Origin: a virus
Taxonomy: Duplodnaviria; Caudoviricetes
Virus record (IMG/VR): IMGVR_UViG_3300017912_003285
Coordinates: 1-29,925 of that record
Strand: one strand, 5' to 3'
DNA length: 29,925 bases
The translations under genes were made by a program, and so were the position numbers. The notes under the pieces are model-generated. The model did not search any database. It was not told the origin of the DNA and worked only from the letters and a program-made list of their open reading frames with translations. Below, in pieces: positions 16,513 through 24,770 of this stretch (the stretch's first letter is position 1; each line of letters begins with the position of its first letter).

Positions 16513-16866
16513 ATGACTAAACAAAATGTAACATATAAAAAAAGACAGATGATTACTGCAATGGAACAGAATCTATGCATTGTTTCTAGGGCATCAGATG
16601 TCGTAGGTATATCTCGCAAGACACATTATGACTGGATGAAAAAAGACAAGAGATACAAAGAGGCCATTGATGAATTACAAAACGTTACACTCGACCATGT
16701 GGAACTCAAACTGCATGAACTGATTGACGACTTAAATGTCCCTGCAATATTATTTTATATGAAAACAAAGGGCAAGGCTAGGGGCTATATAGAAAGGTCT
16801 GAATTGGCTGTTGAAGGTTCTGTTGAATCAAAACTTATTGAGTGGACTCCGGCAAACAAACAATAA
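16513..16866 (+). CDS. terS: Terminase small subunit
   Basis: N-terminal HTH (VSRASDVVGISRKTHYDW) and AILFYMKTKGKARGY motif; immediately upstream of TerL. Confidence 0.8.
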   Translation: MTKQNVTYKKRQMITAMEQNLCIVSRASDVVGISRKTHYDWMKKDKRYKEAIDELQNVTLDHVELKLHELIDDLNVPAILFYMKTKGKARGYIERSELAVEGSVESKLIEWTPANKQ

Positions 16867-18032
16867 AAGAATATTGCAACAGACAGTTTTACGAGGCCCT
16901 AGAATCCAAGGCAAGATTTAAAATATTTGTTGGTGGCTCAAGGTCAGGTAAAACAATCGGCCTGGTTCAATATATCTTGTATTTAATTACAACAACACCC
17001 ACACCACTGACAATATCTGTTGTAAGGGCCACACTTCCTAGCCTCAAAAGGTCTGTGCTCAGGGACTTCATACAAGTGAGTCAGAAACTTGGAATTTATG
17101 ACAGAGGTGTCTTTAATAAGACAGAAAACATATTTAAGTTCAACAAACATAAAGTGGAGTTCTTTTCATTAGATGATGCACAAAAAATCAAAGGTTCAAA
17201 ACGAGACATCTGCTATTTCTGTGAGATTGATGAGTGTGGATATGATGAGTTTAATCAAATCATAATGAGAACCACAGACCACATCTTATGTTGTTTTAAT
17301 CCATCAGAGCCGGTGCATTTTATATATGACATCATGGATGACAAAGATATGCCAGGTGGTGTTGATGTTTTCCATTCGACTTACAAGGATAATCATTTCT
17401 TAGAGCCATCAGTCGTTCAACAGATTGAATCAATGAAAGTTAGAAACCCTGACCTTTGGCGAGTATATGGTGAAGGCCAAAGAGCAATGATAAGCAATAA
17501 ACAAATATTTAACAACTGGCAATTTGTGTCAAGGGATGAGTTTCCAGAGTTTGACGATATGTATTTGGCCTGTGACTTTGGTTATACCATTGACCCTTGT
17601 TGCATTTTAGAATTTGCTAAAATCAAGGATAAAATATTTGTGCATGAATTGTTATACAAAACAGAAATGACCAATGGTGATATTGCAAAATTTATTAAAC
17701 AAAACAATTTGCAAGACAGAATTATATATTGTGATTCTGCTGAGCCTAAAAGTATTGAAGAACTAAGAAGATGGGGTCTGACTGCTAAACCTGCAATCAA
17801 AGGCCCTGGGTCAATATCTGCCGGTATATCGCTACTTAAAGAATACCAGGTAATCTTGTCAAAGGAATCAAAAAACGCAATCAACGAATATTATAGTTAT
17901 TCCTGGGATGAGTTAAAAGATGGCACACTGATAAACAAACCAAAGCCAAATCAGGCTGACCACTTTTGTGACAGCCTAAGATATGGTGTTTATTCTAGAT
18001 ATAAAAACAGAACAGAATTTTATGTCATATAA
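16842..18032 (+). CDS. terL: Terminase large subunit (PBSX/SPP1-like family)
   Basis: Walker A GGSRSGKT, Walker B CYFCE, FNP, nuclease motifs DFG and DH..DSLRY; GTG start uncertain. Confidence 0.93.
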   Translation: MDSGKQTIKEYCNRQFYEALESKARFKIFVGGSRSGKTIGLVQYILYLITTTPTPLTISVVRATLPSLKRSVLRDFIQVSQKLGIYDRGVFNKTENIFKFNKHKVEFFSLDDAQKIKGSKRDICYFCEIDECGYDEFNQIIMRTTDHILCCFNPSEPVHFIYDIMDDKDMPGGVDVFHSTYKDNHFLEPSVVQQIESMKVRNPDLWRVYGEGQRAMISNKQIFNNWQFVSRDEFPEFDDMYLACDFGYTIDPCCILEFAKIKDKIFVHELLYKTEMTNGDIAKFIKQNNLQDRIIYCDSAEPKSIEELRRWGLTAKPAIKGPGSISAGISLLKEYQVILSKESKNAINEYYSYSWDELKDGTLINKPKPNQADHFCDSLRYGVYSRYKNRTEFYVI

Positions 18033-18046
18033 TGACAAATGTTTAT

Positions 18047-18064
18047 TTTGTATTTTTACATAAA
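18047..18064 (+). promoter_or_regulatory. Putative late promoter/operator TTTGTATTTTTACATAAA
   Basis: Identical to 21236-21253; upstream of the portal gene. Confidence 0.65.
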
Positions 18065-18080
18065 ATAATATTAAAATTTA

Positions 18081-20390
18081 ATGGCGACTTTTTACGACAG
18101 GTTTAAAAATCTATTTACCAACAAAAACTTACAAAGAACAGCCGAGGCATACAACAGGGCTGTTTTTAATTACATAGGCAACAACATTGTTTTTGCGAAA
18201 GAGAATGACGACACTTACATAAATCATGGTTACAGACGTAATGCAACAGTATATTCAATCATAAACATTATTACCAAGGCTTGTACGACAATACCATTTA
18301 TGATATATGAAAAGAAATCTAACAACGATTTAAAAAGATATAAGTCAATAACATCATCCGGCCTTGACACCAATACGTTATTAAAGGCAGAGCAGTTAAG
18401 AAAGTCGGCATTGGTAGAATTATCTGACACAGATTTGCATCAATTATTAGAAAGACCAAACCCTGCTCAGTCATACAATTCATGGCTAACAGAAATCGTT
18501 GCATTTGGTAAACTCACAGGCAATAGATACATCTATGGTATCGGCCCTGAAACTGGTGGCAATTCTAAAAAATACAAAGAGTTATATGTATTGCCTTCAC
18601 AACTTATGGAAATCGTGTCAGGTGGCATTATGAATCCTGTAAAGGCTTACAGGCTTGATTACAAAGGCAGATATGATATTGATGCTGATAGCATATTGCA
18701 CATCAAAGATTACAACCCTTATTATGATGGCACAGGTTCTCACCTTTATGGCCAGTCCCCATTAAAAGCAGGACTCAGAACATTGACAACAAACAATGAG
18801 GCTGTGACTACTGGTGTCAAATATTTACAGAATCAAACAGCAAGAGGGGTGTTGTATGCAGACGAGGGCGACTTGACTGAAGTACAAGCCCAAGCACTTA
18901 AAGATAAATTTAGACGTTCACACCAAGGCTCTGCAAATGCAGGTGATGTTGTCATTACTCCAAAAAAATTATCATGGGTAAACTTTGGACTTGATGCCTC
19001 TGACCTTTCATTGATAGAACAATACAATGCCTCAATTAAAGACTTAGCAAACATATTTTCTGTTCCTGCAATACTTCTTAATAACACAGAGTCAAGCACA
19101 TACAACAATGTGAAAGAGGCCAAAAAGAGTTTGTATCAAAACTGTGTGATGCCTGAAATGATAAAAATAAGGGATGAGCTAAATAGATGGTTGGCCCCTA
19201 AATATGGTGACAAAATTTATATTGACTTTGATTTCAGTGTTATCCCAGAATTACAAGAGGAAATGGACAAGGTTGTGCAACAACTGTCTCAATCTTGGTG
19301 GCTTACTATGAATGAAAAAAGGTCGGCTATGAATTATGGTGTTGACGATGAGGATAAAAAGTTGAATGATTACTACATTCCTGCAAACTTGATTCCTTTG
19401 AATGCTGTTGATGATGCACCGGTTGAACCTGTTGACTCTGATGTTGACAAGTCAATCACTAAAATAAATTTAAAACGTAAAGTGCCTGGAATGACAGATG
19501 TATTCACAACAAGAGGTGAGGCTGAAGATAGGGCTGAAGAACTAGGGGGTCGTGGTTTTCATAGACACCAGTTTGATGGTGAAGATGTTTATATGCCCTT
19601 TGAATCGCATGAACAGTATGAAAGAGCCATTGAAAGACAGAAAGAATATCACAACATGGATGAGGATGACAAATATCATTATGGCGAACCACATGAGGAA
19701 GAAGATGACAAGCACTACCACGATGACGAAGAAAAAGCACCAAAGATTTCAGGCAGGGTGGAAACTGCTCTAAGACGTATGGTCAGTGAACACAATGAAG
19801 AACATGGAGACACAGCATCATCTAGAGCAACCTATGGAATGTTGGCAAGTTCTTTTCGTAGAGGTGTTGGTGCATATAGAACCAATCCATCGTCTGTAAG
19901 GCCAAACGTAAGGTCTGAAGAACAATGGGCCTTTGGTCGTGTATCGGGCCTGTTATATGCCCTTAGAAACAATAGATTTAGAAGAACACCTTATGACAGG
20001 GATTTGCTACCATCAGCACATCCATTATCAAGCAAAGAAAAATCTTACACAACAAAACAAATGTTTGATGACTACCCACAAAGTGCGACAAACAATGCAA
20101 GGCGAGTAAAAAACTGGATTGATAAATATGGCAGGGATGAGGTTGATGGAATGACAAAGGTTGGTCTTGCTAGAATGAATATGCTCATTGAACGTAGGCC
20201 TTTTTCATTAGACATGCTGAAAAGAACTTTTAGTTTCTTGTCAAGAACAAAAGGTGGTGGATACAATAAAATAAACCCTGACTACAAAGACACACCTTGG
20301 AAGGACAAAGGTTATGTTGCTTTTTTAGGATGGGGTGGTCAATCAATGCTCAGTTATGCAGAACGTAAACTTGACCAAATAGATGAATAA
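18081..20390 (+). CDS. HK97-family portal protein with ~300-aa multi-module C-terminal extension
   Basis: LLERPNP, TGNRY, ILHIK, LYGQSPL, IFSVP.ILL, TYNN and T.NE.R portal motifs within the first ~440 aa, followed by non-portal modules. Confidence 0.9.
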   Translation: MATFYDRFKNLFTNKNLQRTAEAYNRAVFNYIGNNIVFAKENDDTYINHGYRRNATVYSIINIITKACTTIPFMIYEKKSNNDLKRYKSITSSGLDTNTLLKAEQLRKSALVELSDTDLHQLLERPNPAQSYNSWLTEIVAFGKLTGNRYIYGIGPETGGNSKKYKELYVLPSQLMEIVSGGIMNPVKAYRLDYKGRYDIDADSILHIKDYNPYYDGTGSHLYGQSPLKAGLRTLTTNNEAVTTGVKYLQNQTARGVLYADEGDLTEVQAQALKDKFRRSHQGSANAGDVVITPKKLSWVNFGLDASDLSLIEQYNASIKDLANIFSVPAILLNNTESSTYNNVKEAKKSLYQNCVMPEMIKIRDELNRWLAPKYGDKIYIDFDFSVIPELQEEMDKVVQQLSQSWWLTMNEKRSAMNYGVDDEDKKLNDYYIPANLIPLNAVDDAPVEPVDSDVDKSITKINLKRKVPGMTDVFTTRGEAEDRAEELGGRGFHRHQFDGEDVYMPFESHEQYERAIERQKEYHNMDEDDKYHYGEPHEEEDDKHYHDDEEKAPKISGRVETALRRMVSEHNEEHGDTASSRATYGMLASSFRRGVGAYRTNPSSVRPNVRSEEQWAFGRVSGLLYALRNNRFRRTPYDRDLLPSAHPLSSKEKSYTTKQMFDDYPQSATNNARRVKNWIDKYGRDEVDGMTKVGLARMNMLIERRPFSLDMLKRTFSFLSRTKGGGYNKINPDYKDTPWKDKGYVAFLGWGGQSMLSYAERKLDQIDE

Positions 20391-21226
20391 TGCGAGTTTT
20401 AACAAAGCAATTCAAAGAAAACTGGAGAACATCTTATGATGACCGGTTAGAAAGGTCAGAAAGAACACACATAAGAATATTCAGAAAATACTACAAAGAG
20501 AATTATCAAAAGGCCATTGAAAAATATGACCAGGGAGTTATAAAACCCGATTTGATAATGACAACTAAAGGGCTGACTGATTTATACGTACAAATGTATC
20601 AAGACATCGGTATTAAACAAGCCAAATGGTATGCAAATAATTTTGACAAGTTTATAAAAAAAGGTGTTGACCCAAATCAATTTTTGGATTATTGGAATCA
20701 AGCCTTTGCCAAAAAAGGTCGTGAAATGGCAGGTGTCAGGGTTGTTAGTGTGATTGCAACAGCAAGAAGTGCATTCCAAGATATACTTAAAAAATTAATG
20801 CAAGACGAGGCATTTATGGCTGAGGGTGCAGTGGTTCAAGCAAGAATATTAAGAAATAAATTTAATCAAGTTGGGCAGTATCAAGCCGAAAGAATTGTAA
20901 GGACAGAATCGGCCTTGGCCTCAAACTATGCCACACAACAATCTGCATTGCAAATTTTCCCTGGTAGTCAAATGTCAAAAGAATGGATTGCTGGAAGTGA
21001 TGCTAGAGTTAGACCTGACCATGCTGAGGCAGATGGTCAAATAGTAAAGTTTGATGAAATGTTTTTAGTGGGTGGTGAAAAATTAGAATATCCTGGCGAC
21101 CCAAGAGGTTCTGCTAGTAATGTCATAAATTGTAGATGTTCCACAGCACCGATACCAGACGAAGATGCCATATCTAATGTTGAACTTGAAGAAATAGGTT
21201 TTGGCATGACAGGTGCAAGAACCTAA
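20390..21226 (+). CDS. Minor head protein, MuF/SPP1 gp7 family
   Basis: AERIVRTE, KEW....D.RVR..H...DGQ, YPGDP and NCRC motifs. Confidence 0.9.
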   Translation: MRVLTKQFKENWRTSYDDRLERSERTHIRIFRKYYKENYQKAIEKYDQGVIKPDLIMTTKGLTDLYVQMYQDIGIKQAKWYANNFDKFIKKGVDPNQFLDYWNQAFAKKGREMAGVRVVSVIATARSAFQDILKKLMQDEAFMAEGAVVQARILRNKFNQVGQYQAERIVRTESALASNYATQQSALQIFPGSQMSKEWIAGSDARVRPDHAEADGQIVKFDEMFLVGGEKLEYPGDPRGSASNVINCRCSTAPIPDEDAISNVELEEIGFGMTGART

Positions 21227-21235
21227 TAAAATTAA

Positions 21236-21253
21236 TTTGTATTTTTACATAAA
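21236..21253 (+). promoter_or_regulatory. Putative late promoter/operator TTTGTATTTTTACATAAA
   Basis: Identical to 18047-18064; upstream of the protease-capsid genes. Confidence 0.65.
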
Positions 21254-21261
21254 TTTTTGTT

Positions 21262-21942
21262 ATGAATAAAATATTATTTAAACAATCACCCATTGGCGAA
21301 ATAGTAGATGCTGACGAAAACAAGGGGATTGTCAAGGGTTATGCGAGTTATTTTGATAATATAGATGCTGACAAAGACATCATAAGACCTGGTGCTTATA
21401 AAAAAACCATTATGGAAAATGGGTCAAGAGTTAAGTATTTGTATCAGCATGACATGAATAAACCCATCGGTAAAATGAATGAATTGTATGAAGATGAAAA
21501 AGGCCTTATGTTTGTGGCTGAAGTTCCTAAAACACAATTAGGAAAAGATGTCATTGAACTTATGAAGGCCGGTGTCATAACAGAAAACTCAGTTGGCATT
21601 ATGCCAATCGTAAAAGAAGATAAGGGCAATTTCAGAGAAATTAGAGAGGTCAAACTTTATGAGGTTTCTGCTGTTACATTAGCCTCGAATGACGAAGCAA
21701 AAATATTAGATGTAAAGGGAACTAAATCACTTGATACTCTTTATTCTCGCTACGATAATCTTGTTAAGATTATTCGTAAAAACAATATTTCAGATGAACT
21801 GGCTTTTGCTATTGAATCTGAAATTCTTAAACTCAAATCATATTTCCAAGAACTCACAGAGTCGCCTCAAAACACTTTGCCGAAAAAAGAAAACAATGAC
21901 AGCGAGTTGTTAAAATATTTATATAACAATTTAAAAAAGTAA
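21262..21942 (+). CDS. Prohead maturation protease (HK97 type)
   Basis: GYASYF, LYQH....PIG, SVG and LYEVSAVTLASN motifs. Confidence 0.92.
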   Translation: MNKILFKQSPIGEIVDADENKGIVKGYASYFDNIDADKDIIRPGAYKKTIMENGSRVKYLYQHDMNKPIGKMNELYEDEKGLMFVAEVPKTQLGKDVIELMKAGVITENSVGIMPIVKEDKGNFREIREVKLYEVSAVTLASNDEAKILDVKGTKSLDTLYSRYDNLVKIIRKNNISDELAFAIESEILKLKSYFQELTESPQNTLPKKENNDSELLKYLYNNLKK

Positions 21943-21951
21943 TTTTTCAAA

Positions 21952-23154
21952 ATGGAAGATAACATAAAAAAAGAGTTGGATAACATTACAAATGAAATCG
22001 ACTCTAAAATCGAAAAATCGTCTTTGTCTGCTATCGAGACAATGAAAGCAGAGACAGATGCAGTTGTCAAGTCTAGTGAGGAAAACCTAGCTAGTAAGAT
22101 TACTGAAATCAATGACAGACTAGATAAGTCTGAAATTGAAGCAAAAAAGAGATTTGAGGCAAGTCAACCGATGAGTTTTAAATCTGCTTTAAAAGATGCC
22201 CTTAATGGGGGTGCAATCGAGAGTTTTGTAAAAGGTAACTCAAGGTCAGCAAGATTTGATATGAAAGCCGACATGACTGTTGGTGCTGACTTTACTGGTG
22301 ACGTTATTGCACCATTAAGAGTGCCTGGTGTCTATAATGACCCAAGCAGACCTCAACACTTCAGACAGTTCATCCCAGTAGGGTCAACACAATCTGATGT
22401 GATTAGATATGTAAAAGAGTCAGGATATACTGATGGTGCTGGTGCAAAAGCCGAAGGCAATGCACTTGGTCAAACTGATTTCGACCTACAAGCAGTTGAT
22501 GCAAACGTACAACTGATTGGAACTTATCTTAGAATTTCTAAGCAAATGGTTGAAGATTATGACCAATTATCATCTTATCTTAGTTCAAGAATCCCATCTA
22601 AGGTTTTAACTGCTGAAGATGACCAAATCGTTGGGGGTAATGGTGTATCACCAAACTTCCTAGGTTTGTTTAACTCTGGTACTGCATTTGATACATCAAC
22701 AAACAATCCATTGGCTGACTCAGTTGACAATGCTAATGAGTTTGACGTTTTAGTTGCATCAATGAACCAGTTAGCAATCAATGAATATTCTGCTGATAAT
22801 ATTGTTTTAAACCCATCAGATTTTCATAAGATTTTGTTATTGAAAGACACTCAAAATAATTATTTGAAAGACCAAGTATATCAAGGATTACAGCCTAACT
22901 TTATGGGAGTGCCTGTCATTCTAAATACTGAAATTCCAAGTGGTCAATTTTTAGTGGCAAACTTTGCACAATCTTGTCAATACTGGGTGAGAGATAATGT
23001 CAGCCTTGAATTCTTTGAGCAAGACAGTGACAACGTTCAAAAGAACTTTATTACTGTTAGAGCACAATTAAGAGGTGCATTAGCGACTTATCTACCAAAA
23101 GGTATTATTTATGGAACATTCTCGACTGCAAAAGCAGCACTTGAGACACCATAA
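21952..23154 (+). CDS. Major capsid protein, HK97 fold with N-terminal delta (scaffold) domain
   Basis: About 105-aa coiled-coil N-terminus ending FDMK/A; AEG, IS.Q...D, LNPSD...I...KD, and G.PV motifs; followed by a strong terminator. Confidence 0.93.
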   Translation: MEDNIKKELDNITNEIDSKIEKSSLSAIETMKAETDAVVKSSEENLASKITEINDRLDKSEIEAKKRFEASQPMSFKSALKDALNGGAIESFVKGNSRSARFDMKADMTVGADFTGDVIAPLRVPGVYNDPSRPQHFRQFIPVGSTQSDVIRYVKESGYTDGAGAKAEGNALGQTDFDLQAVDANVQLIGTYLRISKQMVEDYDQLSSYLSSRIPSKVLTAEDDQIVGGNGVSPNFLGLFNSGTAFDTSTNNPLADSVDNANEFDVLVASMNQLAINEYSADNIVLNPSDFHKILLLKDTQNNYLKDQVYQGLQPNFMGVPVILNTEIPSGQFLVANFAQSCQYWVRDNVSLEFFEQDSDNVQKNFITVRAQLRGALATYLPKGIIYGTFSTAKAALETP

Positions 23155-23176
23155 TAATATAATTTTATTGGAAATT

Positions 23177-23201
23177 AGAGGCCTTCGGGCCTCTTTTTTT
23201 T
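23177..23201 (+). terminator. Intrinsic terminator with cUUCGg tetraloop
   Basis: AGAGGCC-TTCG-GGCCTCT followed by a T-run, directly after the capsid gene. Confidence 0.9.
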
Positions 23202-23242
23202 ACCTGTAAAACAAAATAATTTAAAGTTTTTTTATAATTATA

Positions 23243-23296
23243 CTTGTTTATTGAAAATTTATTTATATATTAGCAGTATAATTAAAAACAAAACAA
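23243..23296 (+). promoter_or_regulatory. Putative early-type promoter and repeated leader
   Basis: CTTG (23243), 19 nt, TATATTAG (23266); leader GTATAATTAAAAACAAAACAA-ATG resembles 16174. Confidence 0.6.
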
Positions 23297-23518
23297 ATGG
23301 AAACAAAAAATAAATTTCAACAAAAAGAGCAAATTCAAAGACTCATTAGAATTATTAATGCCAGAATTACTGATATTAGAGTTTTAGATGGTAGTTGGAT
23401 TATGACAGACAAAGTCTTATCACTTGTATTTAAAGAACATCCACAATTAGAAAAAAAATGGGATATGTTACACTTGAGAAAAGACAAACTAAAAAGACTT
23501 TTATGGAAATTACCATAA
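23297..23518 (+). CDS. Accessory hypothetical protein, cassette gene 1
   Basis: Preceded by the 22-bp repeated leader. Confidence 0.7.
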   Translation: METKNKFQQKEQIQRLIRIINARITDIRVLDGSWIMTDKVLSLVFKEHPQLEKKWDMLHLRKDKLKRLLWKLP

Positions 23519-23522
23519 TTTA

Positions 23523-23544
23523 ATAATTAAAAACAAAACAAATG
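23523..23544 (+). repeat. 22-bp direct repeat ATAATTAAAAACAAAACAAATG (also 23278-23299; 15-bp partial copy at 23759-23773)
   Basis: Exact match read directly; each copy ends on a start codon. Confidence 0.85.
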
Positions 23545-23754
23545 AAAAAATTTACAAAAACACTTGAATGGTATGTCTTGATGTTAGGAAATCTAGATGA
23601 AGAGATAAATAAACGAAAAGTATTACTTCGCCATGCAAGGAGTACTAAAGACAAAGATTATATAAAAAAGTGCAAGAAATCATTGACAGATGCAAAACAA
23701 TATAAAAATCGTGGTCTTACATTACGAGATTTATTAAAGAAAGAAAAATGGTAA
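23542..23754 (+). CDS. Accessory basic hypothetical protein, cassette gene 2
   Basis: Preceded by the repeated leader; helical hairpin pattern. Confidence 0.7.
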   Translation: MKKFTKTLEWYVLMLGNLDEEINKRKVLLRHARSTKDKDYIKKCKKSLTDAKQYKNRGLTLRDLLKKEKW

Positions 23755-23770
23755 TTTTAAAACAAAACAA

Positions 23771-24034
23771 ATGAAAGTATTAGCAAAAATTTTAAAAATG
23801 TTTTTCTTTGGCAAGGGTCTCCAATATTGGATATGTGTGCCGGAGTTCTTTGACACAAAAAAAGAAAAGGATTATTTTATTAAAGAGACGAATTTGTTTC
23901 TAGAAGATAAAATACAAATCAAACACCCAGCATTAGATGATGATTGGGAAACCTTAAGCAGGGAAGAACAAGTTGACAGAATGTTATTTTGGAAACAGAA
24001 AATAAATAAAAAAAAGAACAAGTATAGTGCCTAA
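23771..24034 (+). CDS. Accessory hypothetical protein, cassette gene 3
   Basis: Preceded by the partial leader and followed by a terminator. Confidence 0.7.
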   Translation: MKVLAKILKMFFFGKGLQYWICVPEFFDTKKEKDYFIKETNLFLEDKIQIKHPALDDDWETLSREEQVDRMLFWKQKINKKKNKYSA

Positions 24035-24082
24035 CCTTTTCTTTTCATATTTTTAGTTAGTTGTTTTTAATTTAGGCACTAG

Positions 24083-24110
24083 ACTGGGGTGAAAGCCCCA
24101 GTTTTTTTTT
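24083..24110 (+). terminator. Intrinsic terminator (GAAA loop)
   Basis: ACTGGGGT-GAAA-GCCCCAGT followed by a T-run. Confidence 0.85.
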
Positions 24111-24138
24111 GCTTAACTTTATAAGACAACAACACCGA

Positions 24139-24513
24139 ATGAACAGAAATCAAAAAGGCTGTTTTGCTGAATATCATTTTTCAACAACTGCAATGCAAAA
24201 TGGTTTTAATGTTTCTGTCCCTTTACTTGACTCAAGCCCTTATGATTGTATATTAGAAAAAAAAGGTAAACTTTTTAAAATACAAGTTAAATATTTAGGC
24301 GAAAAAAGATACAAGCATGGTCGGTCTGTTCAAGTTACACTTAAAAGGGAAGGAAAAAAAAATTATGATTTGGAACTAGTTGATTTTTTTGCATTATGGC
24401 ATGAGGTTAGAAAAGGTTTTTACATCATTAAAAATTTAGGTCAAAAAAGTTTCAAAATAACTGACAATGGTATTTATGAAAATAATTTTAATAACTTTGT
24501 AGAATTAGTTTAA
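24139..24513 (+). CDS. Free-standing PD-(D/E)XK endonuclease, resembling the group I intron-associated homing type
   Basis: KG..AE, G..VS.P......YD, KIQVK, Y....VDFFA motifs; ATG 24139 is preferred as start. Confidence 0.75.
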   Translation: MNRNQKGCFAEYHFSTTAMQNGFNVSVPLLDSSPYDCILEKKGKLFKIQVKYLGEKRYKHGRSVQVTLKREGKKNYDLELVDFFALWHEVRKGFYIIKNLGQKSFKITDNGIYENNFNNFVELV

Positions 24514-24532
24514 TTTTTTTCATTGTTTTAAG

Positions 24533-24560
24533 AGCATCACTTATGTGGTGCTTTTTTTTT
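24533..24560 (+). terminator. Intrinsic terminator
   Basis: AGCATCAC-ttat-GTGGTGCT followed by a T-run. Confidence 0.8.
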
Positions 24561-24581
24561 AACTTTACTTAAAATTTTATT

Positions 24582-24770
24582 ATGAAAATCAAAACAAAAA
24601 ATAAATCTGTGATACTAGGCTCTGTTCAATATTGTGAGGACAGAGAATTTGTCGTTTCTGATAAAATAGGCAAAGAACTTGTAAAAGGTGGCTGGGCTAT
24701 TGAAATCAAAGAAAACAAAGAGGCAAAAGAAACTAAAGAATTAAAAACAGATTCTAAAGAAACCAAATGA
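24582..24770 (+). CDS. Small head-associated protein of the type usually found right after the capsid gene
   Basis: F.V....GKELVKGGWA motif plus a charged KE-rich tail; ATGA overlap with the adaptor gene. Confidence 0.6.
   Translation: MKIKTKNKSVILGSVQYCEDREFVVSDKIGKELVKGGWAIEIKENKEAKETKELKTDSKETK

Noticed and set aside
16842-16866. TerS-TerL frameshift fusion
   Set aside because: There is a 25-nt overlap with a usable GTG start and no convincing slippery heptamer.
23278-23773. Leader repeats as a CRISPR array
   Set aside because: The intervening sequences are ~220-bp ORFs, the repeats are non-palindromic A-rich leaders, and there are no cas genes.
24035-24110. tRNA or structured ncRNA in intergenic gaps
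   Set aside because: Only terminator hairpins are visible, with no cloverleaf or T-loop signature; a covariance-model search was not possible.
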